Shown here in pieces: positions 13,993 to 23,747 of a DNA stretch of 32,000 nt (within the stretch, counting starts at the first letter, position 1; every line of letters starts with the position of its first letter). Source of the DNA: Halomicronema hongdechloris C2206 (GTDB taxonomy: Bacteria > Cyanobacteriota > Cyanobacteriia > Phormidesmidales > Phormidesmidaceae); NCBI RefSeq assembly GCF_002075285.3, contig NZ_CP021983.2, positions 1 through 32,000 of the forward strand. The letters are read 5' to 3'. The notes beneath the pieces are model-generated. The model saw nothing but the letters and a program-made list of their open reading frames with translations. It was not told where the DNA came from and made no database searches. A program made the translations under genes and the position numbers.

Positions 13993-14343
13993 TCGCGAGG
14001 CACTGAAGACGCCCCATAGTCGCCACAACTCTAGGGGTTGGAAGGACTGATCCACTAACACCAGCCGCATTTGCTCGAGCTATTCGTGGGGTGTTGTCGA
14101 TTCAATCAAGCGATTCGGCTCTCATGGTGATCTGAGACAGTTCCGTAGTCATACTCAGGTCACAGGCAAGGGTTAAGCGTAACTCTAGGCTTAGGAATGA
14201 TCGCTTATCTTCCTAAGGTGCATAGGCTGCGATCGCACAGAAATATAATCTATCGACATTCTGAGGCGGACGCTCCTCTCAACAGATACCAAGACGTGAG
14301 CGCTCCCCACTGGAGAAACCGATCCACCCAGGAGATCCCCCCC

Positions 14344-14580
14344 ATGGCCACTTCCCTTGCCAACATCAAAATTAGCCGCTTGCTTCTTGCCATTGCAGTG
14401 ACCGTGGCAGTCGCCGACGCCTGTCCTCACCCCTCCCTAGGCCCGAGCTTACTCAGCCAAGCTTTCCAACGGGTACAACAGGTCATGACAGGGCGCTCCC
14501 AAGAAACACGTTCCCTAGTGACAGAGCAGCTGAGCGCTCCCAACCAAGCACAACTACCGCGTCAGCTAGACCTTTTCTAA
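14344..14580 (+). CDS. Hypothetical small protein with N-terminal hydrophobic segment
   Basis: The internal ATG of ORF 14197-14580 is preceded by GGAGA 9 nt upstream. The 78-aa product starts MATSLANIKISRLLLAIAVTVAVADA. I recognise no family. Confidence 0.35.
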   Translation: MATSLANIKISRLLLAIAVTVAVADACPHPSLGPSLLSQAFQRVQQVMTGRSQETRSLVTEQLSAPNQAQLPRQLDLF

Positions 14581-14740
14581 TCCTGGTCTCCCTTGAGGCC
14601 GCCGCGGGCATAATCCGTGATGCCCGCGGCCAATGTCTGGGCATTCTAAAGGTGGAGTGTCATTTGCTACGTCACGTTATTCAGTAAGAGTAGCAGGCGT
14701 AGCCTTGACCTCCCTACCCACAAAGACATTGGCTAAAATC

Positions 14741-14911
14741 ATGATTATTTCCACGGATAAAATCCTGCGGGAGATCACGTTATCTTTGAGATTCGGAATC
14801 ACCCTAGTTATTCTCGTATTTTTACTGATACGAGTCGTAGAGGTCTGGCAACAGGATCCCCTATTCGACACCTGGTCAGAGATCATTGACATCACGCCCC
14901 AGGATGACTAA
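14741..14911 (+). CDS. Hypothetical small membrane protein
   Basis: A 56-aa product from an internal ATG of ORF 14633-14911, with one hydrophobic helix (FGITLVILVFLLIRVV). The stretch is AT-rich and has no clear RBS. Confidence 0.2.
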   Translation: MIISTDKILREITLSLRFGITLVILVFLLIRVVEVWQQDPLFDTWSEIIDITPQDD

Positions 14912-14996
14912 GGCTACGGTTCTCAATCGCAGCGACAGACGAATCCTTGCGCCCTCGCCCCCATAGCCGCTCCTTAACACCAGTGAAGAATCCTGA

Positions 14997-15040
14997 TAGA
15001 AAACAAGCTCCCCCCATGACCATCCGATCTGCGGGGAGCT
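14997..15040 (-). terminator. Rho-independent terminator candidate downstream of glgP
   Basis: The minus strand reads AGCTCCCC-(19 nt loop)-GGGGAGCT followed by TGTTTTCT, 25 nt after the stop codon at 15066. Confidence 0.55.
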
Positions 15041-15065
15041 CACAACTTGGCTATGACCGACTCCG

Positions 15066-17717
15066 CTAAGGAGCAACGGCCATAGACTCTGCTACGGAAG
15101 AAGGTTTCGGGTCTTGGCCCTGATTGTTAACATTAATGGCAACAGTATCGGGCTCAGCCCACATCACCAATCTCAGGTCATAGGGACTATTGAGATATTT
15201 GTGCTCAGGTAGAATTCGCAACGAGAGCCCCTGTAAACCACTGGCTTCGTAAGACACATCGATCTTGTATTGACAGCGCCCCTGTTGGTCCTGTCCTTGA
15301 TAGGTCATTGGCGTAGCTCGACCACTGTGCATCTCCCCATCAATCTCGACTTTGCCCTGGTAAAGCTGTACCTGCACATCGTCCGGCGTCAGGGCTCCTA
15401 GGTCAATCTGAGCCTGAACCTGTAGGACCTGATTGACTGTGAGATCAGACGGTTCCGACACCGTGACCGACTCAATCTTCATGGCATACCAATGCTCTAT
15501 CAGGTGAGCTTGCCAAGTCGCTAATGCCTTCGCAGGAGTATAACTCTGGGCAGCCAACGTCATGCTATTGTCACTGGCTGCAAAGTAGCAACGCTCGGCA
15601 TACTCTTTAACCATGCGGGCCGTATTAAATTGAGGGGTGTTCAGGCGAATAGCATCCTTCATTTTGGCCACCCATCCTCTGGGAAGCTCATCGTTATCCC
15701 GGTCATAGAAGAGGGGGACTACTTCCTGCTCTAATAATTCGTAGAGCGCATTCGCTTCCACATCATCCTGGTAATCTGGGTCGTCGTAATCTTCCCCAGA
15801 TCCAATGGGCCACCCCGTGCGAATATAGTCAGCCTCAGCCCACCAACCATCCAACACACTGAGGTTGGGCAAGCCATTCATGGCCGCTTTCATCCCACTG
15901 GTACCGGAGGCCTCCCGAGGTCGCCGCGGGTTATTGAGCCAGACATCACAACCCGCCACCATCGCCCGAGCCAAATGGATATCGTAGTTAGGCACGAAGA
16001 CAATGGAGCGGCTGAGTTCTTCATCATGGGTAAAGTGAATGATTTTGCGGATCAACTCCTTGCCAGGAATATCTCTGGGATGAGCTTTACCCGCAATCAC
16101 GAATTGCACCCGGCGCCCCTCTCCTTGGCCTTTGATGATGCGGCGAATACGCTCGACGTCCCGCAAAAATAGCGTCGCCCGCTTATAAGTCGCAAATCGA
16201 CGGGCAAAGCCAATGGTCAAGACAAATGGATCGAGGACCTCCTGAGCTTCTAGAAACTCATGGGCAGCCGCTCCTCGTTCCCGCAGGCCTTGTTGCAGCT
16301 TATCCCGCACATAGACGACCAGCTGCGAGCGGCAAAGCTCGTGATTACGCCACAGTTCTTCGTCCGGAATCGAGTTGACTCGCTCCCAGAGAGGATCATG
16401 GCTACCGGCTTGGGACCAGTTGGGACCCAAATAGCGGTCATACAACTCTTGGGTAGACTTGGCCACACAACTGCGGGCATGGACCCCATTAGTGATGGCA
16501 TGAATCGGTACCTCACTCAGGGGAAGTCCGTTCCATAGTCCACAGAACATCTTGCGGGATACCTCGGCATGGAGCTCACTGACACCATTGACCGAGGTTG
16601 CCAGTTTGATAGCCAGCACAGCCATACTGAAGGGGGCACTCAAGTCTCCCGTATCTTCGCGACCTAGGGCTAAAAATTCGTCGTTGGCCAAGCCAAATCG
16701 ATGCCCGTAGTGACCTAGATAATAGAGCACCTTATCCGGGGGAAATAGGTCAATCCCGGCCGGGACTGGGGTATGGGTGGTAAACATCTGGCTGGCTTGG
16801 GCCACCTGTAAGGCCTCGGCATAGCTAATGCCAGCCTCATCCATGAGGTTTTTAATCCGCTCCAGCACCAAAAACGCAGAGTGGCCCTCATTCATGTGGT
16901 ACACCGTGGGCGCCAATCCCAGAGCCTTCAGCATCCGCACGCCGCCAATCCCCAGCATGATTTCCTGGTGAATGCGAACATCAATGTCACCGCCATACAA
17001 GCGATCGCAAATATCCTGATCGTATTGATTGTTAGGCTCAATATTTGTATCTAGTAGGTAAAGAGGTACCCGACCAATCTGCACCCGCCACACCCGAGCA
17101 TAGACAGTACGCCCTGGGTAATCGACCGAGATTCTAAGCTCTGACCCATCTGCCGTGCGTTCCAGATGCAGCGGCATGTTGTAGAAATCATTAATCGGGT
17201 AGCGTTCCTGCTGCCAGCCATCGGCATTGAGGTACTGGGCAAAATACCCTTCCTGATAAAGCAGGCCAACAGCCACCAAGGGCAGTCCCAAATCACTGGC
17301 AGATTTCAAGTGATCACCAGCCAACACGCCTAGGCCGCCAGAATAGACTGGCATGCAAGAGGTGAGGCCAAACTCCATGGAAAAATAGGCGTAGCACTCC
17401 CCGGCCTTGCCCTCAGATCGATGCTTGCGGTACCAAGTCCGCTTCTGCTGATAATCCTGCAACCGCTGGACTGCCCGATCCATTTGGGCCAAGAATCCTT
17501 CGTCTTCAGCAACTTCTTGCAGGCGAGACTGCCGAATGGTGCCCAACATCAAGACTGGGTTGTAACGACTGGACTGCCATAGGTCTGGATCTAAGCGGCG
17601 AAATAGGTCATTGGTATCAGAGTCCCAATCCCAGCGGAGGTTATAGGCGAGTATACGCAGTGCCTCCAATCTAGGGGGCAGTGACGGTGTCACATTGAAT
17701 GTGCAGATGGGTTGCAT
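15066..17717 (-). CDS. glgP: Alpha-glucan family phosphorylase (GT35)
   Basis: The ORF is open to 17861, but the family-typical N-terminus MQPICTFNVTPSLPPRLEALRILAYNLRWDWD starts at ATG 17717-17715. The pyridoxal-phosphate site is REASGTSGMKAAMNG, and SGGLGVLAGDHLKSASDLGLP is also typical. Confidence 0.92.
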   Translation of the reverse strand: MQPICTFNVTPSLPPRLEALRILAYNLRWDWDSDTNDLFRRLDPDLWQSSRYNPVLMLGTIRQSRLQEVAEDEGFLAQMDRAVQRLQDYQQKRTWYRKHRSEGKAGECYAYFSMEFGLTSCMPVYSGGLGVLAGDHLKSASDLGLPLVAVGLLYQEGYFAQYLNADGWQQERYPINDFYNMPLHLERTADGSELRISVDYPGRTVYARVWRVQIGRVPLYLLDTNIEPNNQYDQDICDRLYGGDIDVRIHQEIMLGIGGVRMLKALGLAPTVYHMNEGHSAFLVLERIKNLMDEAGISYAEALQVAQASQMFTTHTPVPAGIDLFPPDKVLYYLGHYGHRFGLANDEFLALGREDTGDLSAPFSMAVLAIKLATSVNGVSELHAEVSRKMFCGLWNGLPLSEVPIHAITNGVHARSCVAKSTQELYDRYLGPNWSQAGSHDPLWERVNSIPDEELWRNHELCRSQLVVYVRDKLQQGLRERGAAAHEFLEAQEVLDPFVLTIGFARRFATYKRATLFLRDVERIRRIIKGQGEGRRVQFVIAGKAHPRDIPGKELIRKIIHFTHDEELSRSIVFVPNYDIHLARAMVAGCDVWLNNPRRPREASGTSGMKAAMNGLPNLSVLDGWWAEADYIRTGWPIGSGEDYDDPDYQDDVEANALYELLEQEVVPLFYDRDNDELPRGWVAKMKDAIRLNTPQFNTARMVKEYAERCYFAASDNSMTLAAQSYTPAKALATWQAHLIEHWYAMKIESVTVSEPSDLTVNQVLQVQAQIDLGALTPDDVQVQLYQGKVEIDGEMHSGRATPMTYQGQDQQGRCQYKIDVSYEASGLQGLSLRILPEHKYLNSPYDLRLVMWAEPDTVAINVNNQGQDPKPSSVAESMAVAP

Positions 17718-17989
17718 GGTGACAGAGATCCCTGTGTTCCAGCTAGGAGCATTCTGCCCCCTTGTCTTCACCTTCCCCGCCTCTCTTAATACTCTTTTGG
17801 GATCTTCAGCCTTGATAGGTGGCTCTAAGCCACTTTCGTCCCCGACGGGCTTAGCGTACATGCCTCCCCCAAGTAGCTCGGGAAAGCCCCAGTCATCTTC
17901 AGCGGCGAGAGGTTCCCCTTGGCAGTTCCCTACAGCTACACAGCCTCTGCCTTTCCCCTAACGGATAGGTCCTTCAGTGAACAGTCGTA

Positions 17990-19264
17990 TCATTTAACCA
18001 CCACAGTTTCAGGGTCCTGTTGGGTTACTACGGGCTTAGCGTTGACCAGGCGGCTAAATAGAGTCTCATAGCGCTCTAGGGAGGCCGCAAATGAATAGTT
18101 GTCTAGGGCAAACTGACGTCCCTGTTTCCCCAGTTGTTCCGCCACGTCCGGATGGTTGTACAAATGCAGGATGGCATTGGCCAAAGCCGTGGGATGCTCA
18201 GGAGTAACGACCATCCCCCCACCACTGGCCTCTACTGCCTGAGCCGCAGTGCCATTGGTAGGCACGGAGGCAACAATGGGGCGGCCACTGGCCAGCAACA
18301 CCTGAGTCTTAGAGGGCATGTTGAAGCCGACCACATTGCGCTTCTGCAGAATTAGGCCCACGTCAGCCGCCGCTAGCATCTCAGGCAAGTCAGCTCGAGG
18401 CACAAAGGGCAGGAAGGTAATATTGTTTACACCTAGCTCTTGACTTAAGGTCTGTAACTCACCCAGTTGATTGCAGTCGCCTACGATCACGAAGGCAATA
18501 TCGGGATGGACCATCAACTTCTGGGCCGCTCGGATGGCGGTGCGAATCCCCTGGGTGCGAGCAATATTGCCAGAATAGAGCACGACAAATTTATCGGTGA
18601 GGCCGTGGGCTGCGCGAAAGGCATTGGGCTGCTTGGGCAATGGTCGAATGAAGTTGACGTCTACCCAGTTGGGGATATGGACCATCTTTTGGTTAGGAAC
18701 GCCTTTGCTAAGTAAATTAGCCCGAAAGCCCTCTGTGATTACGCCAATTTGGGTGGCACTGCGGTAAGCAAATTTTTCTAAGATTTCAAATACACCGATG
18801 GCGAGCCGATTACTGAGTAGCCCCGTTTCCACAGCGGCTTCTGGCAAGATATCTTGCAGGCTCAAGACACTGGGACAGCCGTAGAGCCATCGCAGCAGGG
18901 CAACAGGAACACAGGCTGGTAGAGAAGGACTCGTGGAGAGGATGATATCTGGACGCCACCCCCGCAATGCCTGAATGAAGCTAAGCGTGACAAAGCTGGC
19001 GTCTAGGAGCACTCGAGCAATGAGACCAGGGTTGGGACGTACGGTGACATAGCATCGTTGGATGGTGACCCCGTTATGCTCTTCGGTGCAATAGAGCTGG
19101 CCCCGATAGGCGGGATAGATGCGCCGCTCAGGATAGTTAGGCATCGCTGTGATCACCCTGACTTGGTGCCCCTGCTGCACTAACCCTTCAGCGAGTTCAG
19201 TCATCAGCGGGGCGATACCAATGGGTTCAGGGGAATAGTTGTAGGAGTAAATTAAAATCCGCAT
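17990..19264 (-). CDS. Glycosyltransferase family 4 (WcaI-like)
   Basis: MRILIYSYNYSPEPIGIAPLMTELAEGL..GH.V.VIT..PNYP is the N-terminus typical of WcaI-type GT4 enzymes. The start is taken at ATG 19264 rather than the ORF opening at 19282. Confidence 0.85.
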   Translation of the reverse strand: MRILIYSYNYSPEPIGIAPLMTELAEGLVQQGHQVRVITAMPNYPERRIYPAYRGQLYCTEEHNGVTIQRCYVTVRPNPGLIARVLLDASFVTLSFIQALRGWRPDIILSTSPSLPACVPVALLRWLYGCPSVLSLQDILPEAAVETGLLSNRLAIGVFEILEKFAYRSATQIGVITEGFRANLLSKGVPNQKMVHIPNWVDVNFIRPLPKQPNAFRAAHGLTDKFVVLYSGNIARTQGIRTAIRAAQKLMVHPDIAFVIVGDCNQLGELQTLSQELGVNNITFLPFVPRADLPEMLAAADVGLILQKRNVVGFNMPSKTQVLLASGRPIVASVPTNGTAAQAVEASGGGMVVTPEHPTALANAILHLYNHPDVAEQLGKQGRQFALDNYSFAASLERYETLFSRLVNAKPVVTQQDPETVVVK

Positions 19265-19784
19265 GGAACAATTAAGGAACACTGAGAAAGGACTAAAGTG
19301 GACCCTTGGGGCTAGTTAACGGGCTTAAACGGAGGCATATCAAGGAATCACAGTAGCGACCGAATAACCAGACTAGATAGACAATCTAGGCATCTTTAGG
19401 GAGTCTTCAGCAGAAATCTTGGATTGTGTATGGAGGCTGGCATCGGCGGGAACATATCGAAGGAATTGACATCTCTAGAGATGGATACTGTGTCGCCCTA
19501 GCCAATCTTGTTGGCACATCGGGGTGTTGAGTATGGCAATGGCTGCTTAGATGAGTGGCTCATAATATGCATCGTCTTTACTTCTGTAATTAGGGTTCCC
19601 ATGCTTTCAAGAAACTTATCTTTTGCAGCATGATTAGCGTTGTGACGCCGATGTCGCCGTTAGGACGATAGCGATAGGCTAGGGGTAGGCCTAGTTTAGA
19701 CTCAAAGGGTTAGGTCAAAAAGGACTCATTCAAAAAGGACTCATTCTGAACCGAATTGGGTATTGCTGTCATCGGCGAGAACAT

Positions 19785-20966
19785 ATGGCACACTCTGGCT
19801 CTCAATCGTGGGATTTGGGACGGTTTCTCAAAACCATGGCATTTTTTAATGTCATTCCTCTACTCAGTCGCATGAATCCCCTGCAAACGTCTGAGCCAGC
19901 CCGGGCATCATCAACATCGGATGCGGAGATATCGTTCCAGCCCTCGGTGGTGGTGGTCGGCGACTTGGCAGCTCCTATGAGTCGTGGGCTGGTGCAGGAG
20001 TTGCGTACGGAGATGATTCCAGTGCGGTCATATCCCTGGCCGCAGATGTCTCCAGATGGTGCACAGGCAATATCCTCGCCCGACCCTGTGCCTAGCTCGG
20101 CCCAGTCCCTATCCCCCTGGGAAACCATCTTAGTCAATGCGGCCTTAGTGATTGTCTGTTGGGACGCAGGACAGCCCCTATCGACCTTAGGTGGAGCAGT
20201 GGTAGGAACGGCGAGCCAAGAACAGGTTTTGTTTGACTACCGATCTCCCCAGGCGGCATTGTCTGAGCGCTGGGGCGCCCTAGACGATGTGGTCATGGGG
20301 GGGGTTAGTGCCAGTCGGTTTGACTGGGCTGATGGGGCGGCTGTCTTTCGAGGGCGAGTATCTACAGCCAACTCTGGCGGCTTTGCCTCGGTTCGCACTC
20401 GCAATGCAGACCCTGCTTATGACCTAGGCGCCTGGCACGGCATTGCTCTGCGGCTCAAAGGGGATGGCCAACGCTACAAGCTGATTCTCCGGCAAGATTC
20501 GGGGTGGGATAGCGTTGCCTATTGCCAGTCTTTTGATACTCTTGCCGGTCACTGGCAAACCGTGCATCTTCCTTTTGCTGCCATGGTTCCCACCTTTAGG
20601 GCCAAGCGAGTTAGTGGGGCTCCGCCACTAGATCCAAGCCGCATTCGCTCCATGCAGCTGATGCTGAGCAAATTTGAATATGATGGGGCGTTGAATCCTA
20701 CCTTTACTCCCGGGGATTTTGAGTTACAGGTGAAGACCATCGGGGTTTATCGACCGGTGCCAGTCCCCCCGGTTTGGGTGTTGACTCCAACTGCTCCGGG
20801 CCAGGCGAAGGAGCTAGAGGATGACAAGATGCGCCTGATTACGGCTGTGACTCCCCCTTGGTCAGCATCAGACGCTGGGGATGCCCTATCAGAGCAGCAA
20901 AAAGATTGGCTACCCCGCGTCGATGCCCTATGTCGGCAGGTGGTCCGGTCTATCTCGGCTGATTAA
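19785..20966 (+). CDS. CIA30 (complex I intermediate-associated protein 30) domain protein
   Basis: W.ALDDVVMGGVS.S......A.F.G.VST.N.GGFASVRT....P.DL....GI.LR.KGDG.RYK..LR..........Y...F....G.W.....PF is the CIA30 pattern. The N-terminal 150 aa are poorly conserved. Confidence 0.8.
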   Translation: MAHSGSQSWDLGRFLKTMAFFNVIPLLSRMNPLQTSEPARASSTSDAEISFQPSVVVVGDLAAPMSRGLVQELRTEMIPVRSYPWPQMSPDGAQAISSPDPVPSSAQSLSPWETILVNAALVIVCWDAGQPLSTLGGAVVGTASQEQVLFDYRSPQAALSERWGALDDVVMGGVSASRFDWADGAAVFRGRVSTANSGGFASVRTRNADPAYDLGAWHGIALRLKGDGQRYKLILRQDSGWDSVAYCQSFDTLAGHWQTVHLPFAAMVPTFRAKRVSGAPPLDPSRIRSMQLMLSKFEYDGALNPTFTPGDFELQVKTIGVYRPVPVPPVWVLTPTAPGQAKELEDDKMRLITAVTPPWSASDAGDALSEQQKDWLPRVDALCRQVVRSISAD

Positions 20967-20991
20967 CTTAGGTGGAAGACAGGGAGGAAGA

Positions 20992-21654
20992 TTAGTAGGC
21001 CGGTCGGGGAGCACTGCTGCGCTCACTGCGAGCCCGTTCCTTGGCCTTGGCGGCACTTTTCTTCAGCGCTTCCAGGCGCTTGATATAGCGATCTCGCTGG
21101 CGCTTCTTGGGGGTTTGCTCGATTAGCGTTTTCAGGGCGCTGCCCAGGCTCTTGTAGGCGTTAGGCAGGGTGTAGCCGAAGCGAGTTGCGATCGCAATGG
21201 CCCGTTCATCAGCATCGATTGCTTCCTTCAACCGCTTTTGGCTGTTATTGCGACGATATAGCCGATAGCCGGAAAAACCGCACAGGGCCAGCGCCAGGAC
21301 CAGTAATAAGCCATCCTGGACCCAGAGTTCGCCCACAGCCCCGCCGAGACCAATGGCCAAGGCCGCCATTTCCCAACCATCCCGCGGGATCGTGTCATTC
21401 TGGATACGTGCCACCTCGTGCCAGAACAGCAAGTTGCGTTGATCGAGGGCCAACTGCTCCCACTTCACCAGGTCAATTTGCACTTCTACCTGGTCTTTCC
21501 CCAGTTCCTCACAGGTAATGAGGGGGGGGGAGACATCTACGGCTGCTTCCACGGTCACCCAACTCTGCAGTTCGGGGGGCAGCAAACTTCGCAGGCGACG
21601 TAATTCACCCATATCGGTCCGGGCAGTAGACGTGGCGTAGGAAGTCATGGGCAC
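20992..21654 (-). CDS. Conserved cyanobacterial membrane protein (possibly DUF3318)
   Basis: 220-aa ORF with ELRRLRSLLPPELQSWV, two hydrophobic helices and a basic C-terminal tail. The DUF3318 name is a recollection only. Confidence 0.6.
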   Translation of the reverse strand: MPMTSYATSTARTDMGELRRLRSLLPPELQSWVTVEAAVDVSPPLITCEELGKDQVEVQIDLVKWEQLALDQRNLLFWHEVARIQNDTIPRDGWEMAALAIGLGGAVGELWVQDGLLLVLALALCGFSGYRLYRRNNSQKRLKEAIDADERAIAIATRFGYTLPNAYKSLGSALKTLIEQTPKKRQRDRYIKRLEALKKSAAKAKERARSERSSAPRPAY

Positions 21655-21883
21655 TTGGATCGTTAACGATACGGAAACAGGAGGTACTGAGATAGATTAA
21701 CCGGGGAGGTTGCGATCGCACCGCCAGGCAGTCGATCAAGAGATGGCAGTATCCATCTAAATATTGACCATCTTATCTTTAAATGCTTTTGTGCATCGAT
21801 CTGGTCAGGCAACGGCAGCCCTTCAGTCTCTAGGGATCGACTGCAACCGGCAAAGACTGCTGGGAGACGTGACTACCCTTTCC

Positions 21884-23395
21884 CTATTTTTTAACACCGA
21901 TTAACCAGTAGGTGGTCATGGGGCCCCGCCCTTTGATGGCGATGGTTCCCCGTTGTTGAAAGGTAAAGCTTTCCTTCAGGTGTTCATAGATAACAGCGGT
22001 GGTCTGAATCTGTTGCGGTTCGCCGGTAGTTTCCATGCGGCTGGCCAGATTAACGGTGTCCCCCCAGAGATCATAGGCAAATTTCCGTTTACCGATGACC
22101 CCGGCTACTACCGGGCCAGTATTAATGCCAATGCGCAGCTGAAAAGGGGAGCCATCAGGGCGGGGGAACCGTTGAATCGCAGCTTGCATATCTAAGGCCA
22201 TGCGGGCAATTGCGATCGCATGATCGGAGCGCGGGGCTGGTAATCCAGCGGCGACCATGTAGGCATCCCCGATGGTTTTAATTTTTTCCAGGGAATGGAC
22301 GGCAGCAAGTTGGTCGAAAGCAGAAAAGATATCGTTTAATAACTTGACCAACTCCTGGGGGGTCATTTGGCTAGAGGCCGCCGTAAAGTCCACCAGATCG
22401 GCAAATAATACGCTGACTTCATCGAAGTTTTCCGCGATCACCCGGGAGCCAAGTTTGAGTCGCTGAGCGATCTGATAGGGCAAGATATTAATCAACAACC
22501 GATCGGCCTGCTGCCGCTGCTGGCGTAGTTCATCTTCCATCTGGCGACGCTCACTGATGTCATGGACGATGCCTTCGTAGCAGAGGAAACGTCCTTGGTC
22601 GTCGCGGACGCTCCAAATGTCTTCACTGATCCAGAAGCAGGTGCCGTCTTGGCGATAGACCTGGGACTCGGCATCGGTGATCTTGTCAAAGCGCTTCAGG
22701 TAGGCAATCAGCTCTTGCCGGCGCTTGGGCTGAACGTAGACTTGCTCGGCAATGGTCGTAATCGTCGCGATCATTTCCTGGGGAGAACCGTAGCCATAGA
22801 TGTGGGCCATAGCCGCATTGACACTGAGATAGTGGCCATCTTCTGTGGTTTGAAAGATGCCCGCGGTAGAGTTTTCAAAAATGCTGCGATATTTGGCTTC
22901 TGCTTGCCGCAGGGCTTGCTCTATTTGGGTCCGTTCTCGCACTTCATCTAACAGGAGGGCGTTCTGCTGACTCAGTTGCTGACGCTGACGGTACAGATAC
23001 AACTGGTTCTGCACCCGGGCTAACACTTCCTCTGGATGACAGGGTTTGGTGATGAAATCAGCGGCCCCCACCTCAAAGGCGTTGATCTTATCGCGATAAT
23101 CACTCAAACGGCTGAGGAAGACCACGGGAATCGGACGAGTGTCTAGGTTCTCTTTCAGCCGCTGGCAGATGCGGTAGCCGCTGATGTCAGGTAGCTCGAT
23201 GTCTAAGAAGATGACGTCAGGGACGTGGGTCTCGATCTGCTGCCAGATGTCATGGCCGGTGGTCAGTTCATAGACCAAGTAGTCATGTTGGCTCAGGACC
23301 TCGGCCATATGACGGCGATGGTTGCGATCGCAGTCAATCAAGAAAATGGTGCCGTTAACAGGGGCATTCGTTAGAGGCTGTTGTTGGGTATCCAT
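21884..23395 (-). CDS. Response regulator receiver - PAS - class III adenylate/guanylate cyclase
   Basis: REC domain: DVIFLDIELPDISG, VVFLS, FITKP. PAS domain: YRSIFENSTAGIFQTT..G.Y. Cyclase domain: VSVLFADLVDFT, KTIGDAYMVAAGLP, RIGINTGPVVAGVIG, YDLWGDTVNLASRMETTG. Confidence 0.92.
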   Translation of the reverse strand: MDTQQQPLTNAPVNGTIFLIDCDRNHRRHMAEVLSQHDYLVYELTTGHDIWQQIETHVPDVIFLDIELPDISGYRICQRLKENLDTRPIPVVFLSRLSDYRDKINAFEVGAADFITKPCHPEEVLARVQNQLYLYRQRQQLSQQNALLLDEVRERTQIEQALRQAEAKYRSIFENSTAGIFQTTEDGHYLSVNAAMAHIYGYGSPQEMIATITTIAEQVYVQPKRRQELIAYLKRFDKITDAESQVYRQDGTCFWISEDIWSVRDDQGRFLCYEGIVHDISERRQMEDELRQQRQQADRLLINILPYQIAQRLKLGSRVIAENFDEVSVLFADLVDFTAASSQMTPQELVKLLNDIFSAFDQLAAVHSLEKIKTIGDAYMVAAGLPAPRSDHAIAIARMALDMQAAIQRFPRPDGSPFQLRIGINTGPVVAGVIGKRKFAYDLWGDTVNLASRMETTGEPQQIQTTAVIYEHLKESFTFQQRGTIAIKGRGPMTTYWLIGVKK

Positions 23396-23747
23396 GAGTT
23401 ATTGCATCAGTCCCCTATCGTGGCTAAGATACGCCCCTAAGCATCCCGAAGACCCAGAGCAATAACGCCAACGTCAACGGCAAACGGCCAGTATAGTATC
23501 CCGTGAAGACACCCAATTCTAGAGGATATTGGCCCAGGGATTCTAGCCGTAGGTCGGGCCGTTAGATTATGCCGTAGCCTCGATTTTTGGGGGCCTCAAG
23601 CCCCGATGGTGGGATCTCTAAAACGATGATCAGACACTATGATCAGAGCTACTGACCCGGCGCTGATACTGTCGGTCAGTCACGGCAAGCTCGTAACATC
23701 GCTAAGATTGCTAGGATTAAGGCCCATCTGGTCTCTATCGTCGACCC

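Noticed and set aside
17718-17861. A 48-codon N-terminal extension of the glucan phosphorylase ORF. Similar extensions occur at 19265-19282, 26719-26856 and 30889-30900.
   Set aside because: In each case the family-typical N-terminus starts at an internal ATG. For 26718 and 30901 that ATG has a good Shine-Dalgarno sequence. The extensions have no homology-like character.
23578-23606. Hairpin GGGGC-ctcaa-GCCCC as a terminator between the cyclase gene and recJ
   Set aside because: The stem is only 5 bp, the T-run precedes rather than follows it, and both flanking genes diverge from this region, so no terminator is expected.
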